Shown: positions 52,209 to 64,000 of the stretch, in pieces
How positions within the stretch are numbered: the first letter of the stretch is position 1
How the letters are laid out: every line of letters starts with the position of its first letter
From: Cenococcum geophilum
Lineage: Eukaryota
Length of the DNA stretch: 64,000 bases
Direction of reading: 5' to 3'
NCBI GenBank assembly: GCA_050273025.1
Contig: CP158635.1
Location: forward strand, 4,030,001 to 4,094,000
The notes under the pieces: model-generated
The model's input: only the letters and a program-made list of their open reading frames with translations
Database searches by the model: none
What the model was told of the DNA's origin: nothing
Made by a program: the position numbers and the translations under genes

Positions 52209-54438
52209 TCAGACAAAATGAAAAGGCGAGGCGGTGCGCACAGATGGAGGTAGGGAGTCAAGAGTTGATTGGCCAGTGATGGACGAAATTTCCGAGTTCT
52301 GTAATAAGTCGCGTTGATGCCGTGGAAGGCTTTGCGTGGGGTTCCGAAACCACTTCACTACCGACTTCCATAAATTCTGACAGCTAGTCCAAGGATGCTG
52401 GGGTTTCCAGACCGTCCAGGGGACTGACTGCGAAGATATGCCACACGCAATGTAGTCAGCGACGCTGGTGACACCTCGCTCAAAGTCGAAACCTTTGTCA
52501 CTTAGAGTCCCTCCGTGACGATACTCTGGATCACAGTAGAGTCCCTTTCTCGTGGTGGTACCTGGAGTCGCCGTGAGGTAGACATCGGGTCTGCCCAAAT
52601 TGCTGGTCCCTCGATCTTTTTCCCGTAGATGGTCTCGGAGCCTAGTGATGCGCCTCATCTTATCTGCCAAAGTTTTCAAGTCGTCAACGTCGAGATGATT
52701 CTGCGTGGGTCTCTTCCAGGAACAACCACTTCCGCACGAGACAAGGCCCGGAATCGGTGGCAGCTCGTGTTGACATTGTTTGTGACAGCAATCAGGTCCT
52801 CTGAGATGAACCCGATCTCCATCTTCTTTAACTGCAAAGCCTCGACACGACTTATAGCCGAATGTGTTGACCTCCTTCGTTATCTCCACCCAGCACCAAC
52901 GTCTTGTCAAAGCGTTGCTGTAGTCAGAAGGAACAAGCTTGTAGGATGTTTCAGTCATGAGGAACGGCCGGACATGGTTTGAACGGTTTTTGTACAGGCC
53001 GAGACGGAGTGGGAGACCTTCGAGAATTTCTTCGAGCTCTTGCTTTTCCTTTCCGGAACTGCGGTTGCGCATGATGCGACCAACATCCATAAAGAGAATC
53101 GGAATACTCCTAGTCTTCTCATCAATGGGGATAGTGCTGTGGTCCCACTCAAGCTCTAGCGCGAAGCTGAGGATGTCGTAAAGATCATTGGAGGCAAGGA
53201 AATTCCAAACCCGTAGTTCCATCTTTGACTCTTGGCTTGAGGCCGCACAGATGAGTTCGGCAAAGGTAAGACGCTTTGATGCGTTGTTGCTGACTAGGAC
53301 ATATTCCGTTATATCAGTTTTGGGATCGTCGAATTTCGGATTAACTGCCCAAAACCCTACCCGGACAAGAGCCAGAGCTACAGTCAGTTAGCAAAGTCTG
53401 CACTAAATCATTAATATGAGCCGATCATCAGTCTTGTACCTGCTTGGCAGCCAATCCAAGTGAACGCTCTACCACTTGATGCGCTATTCAAAACAGCGTA
53501 TTGGCAAACATAGGCAACGGCACAGAAGGTAGCTACCACAAAGGCTGGAACAGCTATGCACGATGAGTCGAGCATGTCTGTATTGCCACGGAAGTGTATC
53601 ACATCTCCACCTTTGACTCGGGACTGAAGCATTCGTAGCCTGTAGGTCTTGGCGTTTATTCCGGAGTATAAAGCTTTATACTTCCCAGCAGATATGTGGG
53701 TGGCAGGCCGGTTTGTCTGGAGGTCGTACAGCAAGGGGATAGTCAGCATGAAGAGAAGACTTCCATGTAGGCCTGGCACTGCTATATATGTGACCCAATC
53801 CCATTTGGTGGTTACGATAAGCAAGAGCCAAACCGTCGCTCCAGAGCATATTAAGGCGAAGATGGCAATAAATATAGGGTGTCGAGCAAAGGAGTTTTCG
53901 CGTTTTGCATTGCCAAGATTGACAGCTGTGATGCCGTGGAGCCCGCCGGGCCAATCTCCTCCCACACCAACGATGGGGTTCAGCTCTTTTTGGAGGTATT
54001 GCTTTTTCTTCCTAAGGAATATGGTTCCGTCCCAAAGCATTACGTCCACCACATCGCAATCCACGAGGTCGATTGGGGCAACTTCATCTGGGCGGAAACC
54101 ATACCACCCCCGTAAGGTGTCTACTGTGAAACCTGCAGTAATACCTATCCAAAGTTAGAAGAGGTTGCTTCCTTGATGCTCTTTGAGTCCTAGAAATTCT
54201 CCAAAGAGCATGCTAGTTTCTTTCTGCACGTACATTTATCGAGACCCAGTGCAACTTTCATAGTGCTTTTCACTAGTCCCAATAGACCTAGGATAGACAT
54301 CGAGGATACGGCAACGGATCCATATCCATATTGAGTAGCGAGGAGGTTTTTCTCAACACCGTCGGTGCAGAAGAGGCCAGCAAGGGCAGCAAAATCTTGT
54401 GAGCCGGTGGCAATGGATTGGACTGTAGAGCTATCCAT
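52209..54438 (-). CDS. Hypothetical multi-pass membrane protein (about three exons)
   Basis: Three consecutive minus-strand ORF segments joinable by GT-AG introns (~54150-54232 and ~53380-53438). Several hydrophobic helices, then a soluble C-terminal region with a Cys cluster. Confidence 0.65.
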
Positions 54439-54680
54439 TACAAGTATTACGAATTTAAAACAACAAGTTAAACTAAGCGTGATAAGAGGTAGGTTAATAT
54501 TGCGAAGGTGATGGTCAATTAATGGATACAGTTCAGATCGGGGAGATATATGGTAAGTGTCCCAGGCACCCTAAGGACAGGAGAGCAGGGTATTATCCGG
54601 TACCTACTCTGCCTGCAGTTCCAGATGTAAGATGGCCCTGCCACGGACTGACCACGAGGCATACCGATCGGTGGGATATC

Positions 54681-54744
54681 CCGTGGCAGGCATGTTCCTG
54701 GCAGGCATGTTCCGTGGCAGGCATGTTCCGTGGCAGGCATGTTC
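54681..54744. repeat. Tandem repeat, 4 x ~16 bp CCGTGGCAGGCATGTT
   Basis: Read directly. The second unit lacks one base. Confidence 0.9.
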
Positions 54745-55299
54745 GTCCAAGATTGACGGGAATGCTTCCAATTCCGACATAGATGGCTGAGGCACAGCCG
54801 CTTGGGTGGAGTAGCAGAAGGTGGAGGGTTGGCACAGAGGGAGCAAAGTGCATATGCTGGGGAGACACGAGACTGGCTGCCGCTGGGGGCGTCGATTGGC
54901 TGATGCTCCTGCATGTTGCACCAGGCTTGGAAGGTTTCGAGAAGGCTGGCTATGCTCCCCCTTTGATAAGCTAACCTTATGATCGTTTCCCCAATATCCT
55001 GATGTTTCATGCCACCACTATGTCAAGCCCAAGGGTGCCAAGCTTCAGGCCCTTGGGAAGGATTTTTTGTTTTGCTTTTGTTTATGCACTTTTTTATGGC
55101 GCCGGTTTCTAGGGCTTTTTTAGTGTAATATTACGATAATCTGAATCCCGGCGATATCGCTAAGCACCTACCGCGAATGTTGGTATAACCAGTAGAGAAT
55201 TTGTATAGGAGAGGCGGGAGAGGGCCGTGAGGCAGATATTCTAAACCCTTTTAGGTATTAAGGCCTCCTTTTCTCTGCTTATTTACCCTACAAGTGACT

Positions 55300-55377
55300 T
55301 TTTATATAACGATATCCTCATTATAACGAATCCGCTCGGCTGCAAAAACCGTATCGTAATATAGAGATTTTACTGTA
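55300..55377. mobile_element. One-ended Tc1/mariner-pogo-like terminal remnant
   Basis: Reverse complement reads TA|CAGTAAAATCTCTATATTACGA...TTCGTTATAATGAGGATATCGTTATA, a typical TIR with subterminal TATAACGA motifs. No partner end was found. Confidence 0.5.
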
Positions 55378-56098
55378 ATGGCCTCTATGCCAATATTGTT
55401 GGAGAAGTAACCGCCGGACGTGCGACGATTGCAGGGCAAAGCGATCGAACGGGGCATCACCCGTTTAGTCGACGCCAAAACACCGTCAGCCAGAGTTCTC
55501 CTGCACTTTTCAGTTATCCCTTCTTGAAGGGCTTCAAACCGGTTTGTAAAAGAACATGGAAGAATTATAATAGAGCTTTGAGCAGATGCACACGTCGTCA
55601 AGAAAATTGTCAAAGCTGCTTCGCAAATATAGCTGTGAAGGCTTCAATAGCCCGTCAAAAATGGCTGGCGGCTGGCGACGATTAAACGACACGGGCTTGA
55701 AGCGGGACACGGAATGAGAAAGACGCCCGTTGACGACGTTCGGTCCAAGCCCAATTCAGCCTGGACCAAAGCTGCCGGGGCGGGGTGCTGTCGCGATGCT
55801 CATCAGGCAGCAAAAGTGCATTCCATCGCCCTTCGCCATCGCCGCAATTACCTCCATCATCATTGTGGACTGCTCAGCCCAGCTCAGCTCAACTCCAAAG
55901 CCGTTCAGCAACGCCCCTCTTGGCTATCTTCTCGACTCTTGATCCTCTGCGGTCCGTCCTCCCGACCTTGATTATCGCTATATCACTGCTGCAAGGCTGA
56001 GACTGTGGCTGCACCTCCTGCCTGCCGTCATTCGGGATCGGGGAAATATCCTGTTCTCCTTTTCTCCAGATGCAAGGCCCGGCTTCGATACCGACGCT

Positions 56099-57532
56099 AT
56101 GAATGCCGAGACCATCCAAGGCGCCGTGCGCGACCATGTCCGAACTGTTAATCTGCCACCATCCCAGCCTCAGCGCCAAACACAGGACCATCCAGCGCCA
56201 AACCGAATCATGCTCGAAGGGGATGAAGAATACCAAGGAGAGCTTTGTAGGGGAAGTGGAGAATGGGTGAAAATATGGGGAGCATGGACAGAGTTGCCAA
56301 ACCGGTCCAAGAGCAACTCTTCTCTCCCTTCCAACTCCACAGAGGATGAAGAGAGAACGGAGCTCTCCAGCTCATATTCAAGCCGACATTTCAGAAACAA
56401 GCCTCCCGCCTTCCCATTATTGTCTTTTCCTACCCATATCCGCCAACAAATCTACTCCTACGTCCTCACCGACCCGTCCACCACTCGCACCCTCGTCCAC
56501 ATAAGCCGAGCTCCTCGGATACCCCCGTCTTACAAAGTGACCCGGCCGCTGCCTCCAAAACTCCTGTACCATCTGGACCCAATTCCCCGAGAGCCCTTTG
56601 CAACAGCGCTGCTGCTTGTTAGCCGTGAACTCTATCATGACGCGCTTCCTGTCCTCTACGCTCATAAAACGTTCTTCCCACGCGACCTCGAAGGTCTTCT
56701 ACCTCTCTTCCTGAACAACCTTTCCCCATTCGCACGGCAAAGCATTAGGCGCATTCGTCTCTCCTCCGAGCCTACTGAACCTAGGGCTTCCATCTTCTGC
56801 GACGATCGCACGAAACCCACCATCCATTGGGCTATAACCTGCGCACAAGTCGCCACTCTCAATTCAACACTCCACAGCGTTGAGGTGTCCGGTCACTCTT
56901 TCCTCTCAGAGGTGCTGAACCGGCCACTTCTCTATCCCCTTTGCAAAATCAAGGCGAAGAAAGCCCTCGTTGATAGGAGTTACGCTTCATCTCAGCAAAA
57001 GGCGGAAGCGGACAAGCGGTTTGAGGAGCTTTTATGGGAGGCATCGGAGCGTCTTAAGGCAGCTGCGAAGCAGCGCGAGGAGAGCACTCAAGCCGAGGCC
57101 GTCGATCGTGCGCGGAGACGCGAGATGGAGTTGGCTAGAGCGAGGAATATCATTACTCTCCAAGAGGATTATGAAAAACAATTTCAAACTGATGGGGATG
57201 ATTTATGCTGTATTTCAAAGCAGAAGCAGTCCATCGAACGCGACCTAACTAATATCGAAGGTCTGAAGCAGTTCGAAGCGGAACTGGATGTCCATAGAGA
57301 AAAAGAGCGAATCGAAACGGAGATGAACGAGGAAGACGAATATGAGATTGTCGACTTACCTCCCAGCCCTCCCAAGTATGAAGATATCGTATCAGAGGAA
57401 TGGGATGTTGTCAGCACTATGAGTGGAAGCACTAGTCCACTTAGACGTTGCAGTACTAGAGACGGCGAATGGCAGGGCACATCAACACTTGCTGAGACTA
57501 TAAGTAGGTCGTCCATTGACAAAGAAAACTAA
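56099..57532 (+). CDS. Hypothetical protein with F-box-like motif, coiled coil and acidic tail
   Basis: 477-aa ORF with FPLLSFPTHIRQQIYSYVL and ALLLVSRELYHDALPVLY, characteristic of fungal F-box-like hypothetical proteins. Confidence 0.75.
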   Translation: MNAETIQGAVRDHVRTVNLPPSQPQRQTQDHPAPNRIMLEGDEEYQGELCRGSGEWVKIWGAWTELPNRSKSNSSLPSNSTEDEERTELSSSYSSRHFRNKPPAFPLLSFPTHIRQQIYSYVLTDPSTTRTLVHISRAPRIPPSYKVTRPLPPKLLYHLDPIPREPFATALLLVSRELYHDALPVLYAHKTFFPRDLEGLLPLFLNNLSPFARQSIRRIRLSSEPTEPRASIFCDDRTKPTIHWAITCAQVATLNSTLHSVEVSGHSFLSEVLNRPLLYPLCKIKAKKALVDRSYASSQQKAEADKRFEELLWEASERLKAAAKQREESTQAEAVDRARRREMELARARNIITLQEDYEKQFQTDGDDLCCISKQKQSIERDLTNIEGLKQFEAELDVHREKERIETEMNEEDEYEIVDLPPSPPKYEDIVSEEWDVVSTMSGSTSPLRRCSTRDGEWQGTSTLAETISRSSIDKEN

Positions 57533-58581
57533 TGAAGCGTGGGAGGGCGTCGAAAAATAGTTTTTCTAATACTGCTACACCCTCATTCGTTCATCCTGTT
57601 TGCAAGCTGTATGATAGTTGAGGATTTACGATTATTGGCGCGACATAGCATACAAGCAAGTGATTGAACTGATGATAGCCCTGGAGTGTATACTATCTAA
57701 ATCTCTAATTTTGGTGTTCGCAGTCATCTCTACACCTCAGGCTCACCACAGCTTCCCAGAGCCGCTTTTACATTGTCTCTCTTACGATTGTGACGGATTT
57801 CACTGTCCTATTACTGTAGAAACGCATGTAAAATCAACGACAAAAGTAGATAGGCCCCCTCTAATCCAATCCGATTTCCGCCGGCAAGATGAGAATATTT
57901 TGGTTTCTGTTTGCCCGTTCTTGTGGCTGCATCGGATGATCCTAGCCGGCCGATTGGAGCTTTCCAATCAGGTCCCTCAGCTCGATTTCTGACCCCTTAG
58001 GGACTCATGGTCCGTCTCTGGTATTGTTTATGATACAAGTTTAATATGCCGAGCAGCCATGCACAGCCCCATCACTAAAGCTAAGCCACGCTGCCAAGGC
58101 TGAATCAACAATACGGGAGATCGCGAAATCTCCTAGAGCACTAATTGATGGAACAGCCAACACAGACATGGACGGCTAGCTGGTTCGCATTTCGTAGAGC
58201 ATTTGAAGTATTGAGATTTGCGGAAGATCTTTCCTTATTCTTTTAATGCTTGCTTTAGTAAGTGGCTTGCTAGAGTTGTCTTGTTAACTCTCCGCTCTCC
58301 TCTTTGCTGAAGGTTTGGAATGGTTGCTGCGGGCTGATCAGAGACGTGGATAAGACAAATGGGGCTGTACTAGGAAACCATGACCAAGAAATTGCTTTTT
58401 GCTTACGCGCTTTGATCTACGTGCAGCCACCGCCAACCCAACCTCCGCACACCACCTTGCCAACTCCGATTGAAAGCGCGTGTCGATCTTGGTGATCAAT
58501 CGGCAGAATTTATACAAATGTACGCATTTTGGTTAGCGTGATCAACACGCGCTTTCAACCGGATGCGCCGAGACGGTGTAC

Positions 58582-59053
58582 AGCCTGTACGGAGGACGGA
58601 GCAAAAAGATATTTCCCCTTCCTTTTTGGGACTAGCGGTTTTCTCCCCATAAGGTGCCCATAAGGTTGCTAAGGTTTTAAGGGCCTTTGGCGGGTCTAGG
58701 GGCATAGACCGCCTAAAATCTCATTACTCAGGCGACAGAGCCCCCATAACTTTGGCGACCCCATGGGGGATAGCCACTAGTCCCAAAAAGGAAGGGGAAA
58801 TCTCTTTTCGCTCCGTCCTCCGTACAGGCTCCAGTGTCCCCCGTGTACGCGCGCAACACACAGCAATTTCGGTAATCACTAGTTAATTGCACCATCCAGC
58901 GTAGATACTGTGCGCTTGCCGAAAGAGCTGTGCACCCGCAAGCCTTTAGCTTTTTAAGCTTAATTACAAGAGTCAAACTTGAAATTCTCTAGTGCGTATG
59001 AAGCGAAATTGCCGTGTGTTGCGCACACATTGGGGGGCCCCACTGGAGCCTGT
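58582..59053. repeat. Compound inverted repeat / MITE-like foldback
   Basis: Arm 58582-~58650 is the near-perfect reverse complement of ~58763-58830. A second looser pair links ~58823-58882 with ~58988-59053. Confidence 0.8.
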
Positions 59054-59419
59054 AGAGCGTAGGCCAGGATCAACGTCACCTCATAGCAGCTTTCAAGCCC
59101 AGAAAACCTCACACTATCTTTTAACGGTCGAGATATCTCTAGAAAGGCTGGCAACGGAGCTTAAACAAGCTATTATTAGCTTTCTTGACCTTATCCCTTA
59201 ACCCGTTTGCGTGACTAGTATCTCGTGCAGCTTACTTGATTGGCTGACCCGTTATCGATAACAGATGCGCGCGAACCAGCGGGTTAAAGGAAAGGAATAC
59301 GAACAAATATCTACGCAACTTGGTCAACCATGCACTCATTCAACCGAGTATTACCTATACGGCTCGTATTACGAACGAATCGTGATCAAAATGTCTCAAA
59401 ATCAACCCCGAAAGCCGTG

Positions 59420-59670
59420 CAAAATAGACACGATTCGTGAGTAAAATGGATACGATTCGTGAACAAAATGGACACGATTCGTGTCGACCTGAATCGGATT
59501 GTCTTACTACCCAGTTCCTATTACCTATTTTGTTTCAGTTGCCTATTATATGTCTCCGTTGCCCGCACCGACCTCATCTCTATAGAGAGCTTCCGGAGCC
59601 ACATTCAAGAGACAGAGTCCTCATCCTTCATTGTCCGTTCGACAATTCGTGAACAAGATGAACACGATGT
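59420..59670. repeat. ~22-bp tandem repeat (AAAATGGACACGATTCGTGA..) x4 interrupted by a solo LTR
   Basis: Three units precede the LTR and the array resumes after the ATTCG duplication. Confidence 0.8.
59482..59644 (+). mobile_element. Solo LTR (163 bp) with 5-bp TSD ATTCG
   Basis: Termini TGTCGA...TCGACA. ATTCG at 59477-59481 and 59645-59649. Homologous to 26526-26746. Confidence 0.92.
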
Positions 59671-59980
59671 GTAATTACTTTGGATAGATAGGTATCATTT
59701 AAGTAGGTTATAAAGATTACACTCGGGCTATAGAGCCTTAGAAACGGATTCAGGGGTTAATTAGTTCCAATTGAAGTATATACACGTGCTAGTCGCAGTA
59801 AATTACAGGTCAAGGTCACTTGAAGTTAGGAGACGGGCTCACACTAGAACCAGCGCCAGGCTCCTTCCCTCCAACCTAGGCTCTACAGAAAATCAGAGCC
59901 CGGTTTTCGCTCACACATGGCAGTTAACATCTGCAAGGCTGGAATACTGCGTTATAGCTTTAAGCGTGCAGTCACACATC

Positions 59981-62584
59981 CAGTGTGGCTTTCCATACAT
60001 GGATTAGGCTGCAATCCATTATCGATATGGACTCGTCCATACCTCTCCATATCCATACGCTAGTCCATACTCCTTAGAATTATAATACATACGTCTATCC
60101 GTTTAATTTCCGTACAGACCTTATAACAAAAGGGGCATATATTGTTAACTTAGTTGCTAGGTTAATAGGAGTCGCGCTATACATGGGGCAGATTACGGTT
60201 CTGGCAGAATTTGGCAGAATTTAGCGGACTTGGCAGAATTCGGCAGATATTGTAGTCTTGTAGATATTGCAGATATTATAGATATTGCGGATATTGCGGA
60301 TATTGGACAGTCTATTTAAGTTATTATCTTAAGTTTTTCATCTAAAATACCACTTCGTTTCCAATGCTTTAAATACTCTACTCTCTTAAGGTTTTCGGCT
60401 CCTATCTACGCCCTTTCCCATGATACCGTACGACGTCCCCCTAAAAAGACTCGCTCTGGTTTATCGCTTATAGCTAGAATTAAGAGAATATTAATTGCCA
60501 TATATAATAACCTTAACTAATGTTTTTTCTATTAATCTTAATACCACTATTTAAGGGCTAACATCTTACTAATATCGTACAGTTCCCTATTACAATAGTC
60601 TTGGAACTTATCCTGGCTTTACAGTTAAGTATACTTCCCTAACTTTTAAGCAATCTAATTAAATATATTAAGCTCCTACTCCTAAGGTTATTTCTTTTTA
60701 TACAATAAAGAAATTAGGGGAGAAGAAGCCTTTTCCTAGTAGTACTCACAAAGTCCTTTAACCTTTTTTAATATAGGCTTTACCTATTTTGGCTTTTAGT
60801 TAGCCTTAATATACTTTATATAATGGTTTAGATAAAGAATAAGGGCTATAGCGTAAAAGGGTGAATTGTTTATTTTGCTATAGTACTTATTAAAGGTTTT
60901 CTACCCCTTTTTAATCCAAGAGCTAAACTCCTTATTAGAAGTATATTTAGACTACCATATAGTATTACTATCGTCTAATTTAGTAGGAAGTTTACTTATA
61001 AGTACGGCTTTAAAGTACTAGATAAGAATATCCATAGTAAAGAGTATACTATTAATTGTTATACGATCTCCTTAAGTCTTTAGGGTTGCTTAGTAGAACG
61101 GTTAAAGGAATTCCTTAGTTGTATAAAGCCGTTCCTAGTTCTTTAGGGAGAGATAGTCTGCCTAGAGTATAGTAAAGTAGTTCTTAGTATAGGTATTAAT
61201 AGCTCCTGCCTTTTAATCGGCTATAGCTAGTATTTAAAACTAGCTATTCCATCTTATATAGTTATTAAGTAGAATTATTCTCTCTATAAGATTCTTAAAC
61301 TCCTTTATCCGACTAGCAGAACTACGGATATGTATAATAATATTATAAAGCTTACTAAGTAGTCCTATAACCTAAAAGGTTGCCTATTTCTCCTCTTTAT
61401 CTCCTACCTTCCCTTTTTCTTCCTATTTGTTATACGACTTAAGTTATTCTATTTTAATTTAACTATAAAATAGGAAGGCTTATATAGCTAAGTTAATAAT
61501 ATAGCCGGTATAGCGGATCCGCTAATACGTAAAATTCTATTTAATTTCCTCCTCTTCTAAGAGATAGGCTTCTACTTTGCAATAAAGGGTATTATTTAAA
61601 CTAGTATTATCACAAATAATAGACCTAAGCTTTTATATAATACCGTAGTCCTTAAGGACTAGGAGAAGAGTAGCGAATTACTTATTTCTGCTATAATTTA
61701 CTACCGTATAAAGGGCAAGGAGGGCCTTTAATTGCTTCTCCTAGCCCTAATTAATAAAGTAGGCGCAGATCCCTAGAAGAAGGAGCCTATTTAGGGAGGT
61801 CTAGATATTAAGCAACAGATAAATACTTAATATTGCTAACTAAAGTTTCTTTTATATAATATCCTTATGAGCTTACTAGGATAGTTTAATCTTTTTTATA
61901 ATTTAAGAGTATGCTATTATAAGAAAGTTAGATAATTCTGGATTAAGAACTTAGTAAAAAGTATAAAATTTAGGCTATTTAATAATACGGAATGGAATGT
62001 TTTGTACAATAATTAATAAGATTAAAGCCTTATTAATTATATCCTAATCTAGTTATTTTTAAAAGACCTAGGTATCTATTTCTATTGTTTAACCTAAAGA
62101 CTCTGCTTTAATATATAGTTGCTAAAGTTTTTTAAGTATCTCTAATTGTATTAGGCTAGTATCTTTTTTAACCTAAAGTAGATGTTTTAAATTAAGATGC
62201 TTTTAAAAATTACTAGTAACTAGGCTACTATATGGCAATTCTTGTGGATAGTGAATGCAGTAGAGAATATGATTTTGACCTAAATATTCTGGCTCCGTGC
62301 CAAGCGCCGTATGAGCATGGGCCTATGTTGTAACGGCTGTTCGGGCCCTTATTGGGCGAGTTAAGGCCGAATTAACGGTAGTTGAAGGCGTAAGAAGAGA
62401 TGATTCTGCTTTAGAATCCATATTTGTACGATAGGGTAAAGGGAAGGTAAAAGCTGAGAATTTTTCTAGCGGTGAGGAAGTAGGGATAATATTTGTAATC
62501 CATATCGATAAGATCCATATCGATAAGATCCATATCGATAATGGATCGATAAGATGGACGATAAGAGAATGGAAAGCCAGCCTG
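59981..62584 (-). mobile_element. RIP-degenerated hAT DNA transposon 2 (2604 bp), TSD CACAC(A/G)TC
   Basis: TSD at 59973-59980 and 62585-62592. TIRs CAGTGTGGCTTTCCAT / CAGGCTGGCTTTCCAT with (GATCCATATCGATAA)n subterminal repeats. Core ~60340-62110 is colinear with ~21290-23060. Transposase ATG at 62421 (MDSKAESS). Confidence 0.93.
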
Positions 62585-63499
62585 CACACGTCTTGCCTCA
62601 TGTGCTTCGCTGAAACATTTCGCTACTCTAAGCTGCTGCTTTCCGGCTTGGATATACAAAGAATCCCCATAGCCCCTTGTTAGTCAGTTCAGCGTTGTTG
62701 GATCTGTAGGCTTGTTCTTCGTCCCCCGCCCCTGTCTAATTTTCTCCCTTCGCTACCGGATACCTTCCTGGGTGTACCGTTCTGGAAGTGAATAATACCG
62801 CTCCTGTTTTGTCAGTCAGCATCTCCACCAAATAAACGTGTGGCAATTTCCAACGAACAAAGATTGCATTCGATGGAACCCATTCCTCATCAATCTAGCT
62901 GTCGTAGATAGAATATTTACCGTTTATTTCCAATATCACCAGGACCTTCGCGCCGATCATGGCCACCTTGTTAGCTCTGTCAATGAGGCCGAGCTTTCAC
63001 TTACGTCTTTTATCCGTTTCGTTCTTTTCTGTTAGATTGAGATGAAGCCATCATTAGCTATTTGGAGCTGCAGTGAAAGGACAGATGTTTCCCGTGGACG
63101 GCTACAGAATGGGATTTAAAGAGAGGTTAGCTGAAATGTCCTGAATGCTGGCGGTAAACGAAGGGTTCCCAATACTATAACTAGGGTCGCCGGCGAGGCC
63201 TCTTTTCGGACTCACGAGTTGGGGCATCGTTCTGGGTCATTTATGGGAGTTTGTTTGGGGACACTGCTAGGGCTCCGCGGATCCAGTTTGGAAACCAACG
63301 CCCAGAAATTCTATGGGAGATAGGCCCCACATGAGTGTTTGACACATAGAGAGCACAGAGCGTTTCTATCAGCGGAACAGATTCTAAGTGTAAGAAATGC
63401 AAGAATTATAGAGCGAGGCGGTTGTGGTTACGGTACGGGGATGAAACGAGTTCTAAAAAATGACCTGGAGATATATGCTTCACAAATTCCACCCTAAAA

Positions 63500-63941
63500 A
63501 TGAAACGTCAAGTCCAATATTCTGCAGACCAGCCGCCCTGTTCCCTTGTGGTAGTGATTCAGATATAGCCACGGCGTTTATCGGTCTTCAAGGACCGTCT
63601 CAGTAGTTTGCGCGCCAAGAGGCTTAAACGGGGGGACAGTCTCGGTGCATACAGTAAGGCATCTACTAAGGCGTGCCTGGCATTGCGATATCCGTTGTCG
63701 AATCCGCCGTCGAGTCTGTCGTTGAATCCGATGAGGAATCTGTTGTCATCTTGATTTTCAGCTCCCTCATCGACCAAACATCTGCAGAGCGGGGATGTCG
63801 ACGTCGCTGAGGATGATATGGCCGTATTTTGGGATCGTAATCATGAACTGTTGCTGCGTAATGTAGGAAGGTTGTCGTCTCGGTAAAGCCACGCTCAGTC
63901 TGAGAGTGGAGGGTACAGTGAATAGCGGCATCGTTAGTCAT
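63500..63941 (-). pseudogene. Probable gene fragment or pseudogene of a hypothetical protein
   Basis: Protein-like segments in two frames (AIHCTLHSQTERGFTETTTFLHYAATV; LLRRSLKTDKRRGYI*I) broken by a frameshift and a stop. Confidence 0.35.
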
Positions 63942-64000
63942 GCGCTTGAAGTGCACGTCTATCAGATGACGCCTCAGAGAATCGTTGCGCCGGAGCTTGC

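Noticed and set aside
54688..54744. p53-type RRRCWWGYYY half-sites in the 16-bp repeat
   Set aside because: Fungi lack p53, so the match is coincidental.
54681..62545. CRISPR-like arrays (54681-54744, 59420-59670, 60200-60305, 62495-62545)
   Set aside because: The DNA is eukaryotic, the repeats are head-to-tail without unique spacers, and there are no cas genes. The last two lie inside hAT 2.
51791..64000. Starship element inserted at the 5S gene
   Set aside because: The 5S gene is uninterrupted and no DUF3435 tyrosine-recombinase captain is recognisable in the window.

Overview
Filamentous ascomycete genomic DNA (Pezizomycotina; Eurotiomycete-like by inference) in four compartments. (1) 1-23.9 kb is an AT-rich block saturated by RIP (repeat-induced point mutation). 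It holds nested transposons: three Gypsy/Ty3 LTR elements, a Tad1-like LINE, several solo or orphan LTRs and a hAT element. It also hides a RIP-destroyed ~874-codon single-frame ORF with a C-terminal PhyH-like 2OG-Fe(II) dioxygenase domain. (2) 23.9-28.7 kb is a cluster of secreted-protein genes and pseudogenes. One has an ADP-ribosyl-cyclase/NADase-like motif set and a 3' half disrupted by a solo LTR. (3) 29-52 kb is a core gene block: IKS1 kinase, RIC8, RIF1, glucose-6-phosphate 1-epimerase, REI1, an AZUL-HECT E3 ligase, a small 3-exon GRGGAGN-motif gene and a dispersed 5S rRNA gene. (4) 52-64 kb holds lineage-variable genes, a compound foldback repeat, a second solo LTR and a second RIPed hAT element whose asymmetric ends are swapped relative to the first. 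All family calls come from motif recognition by eye; no database searches were run.
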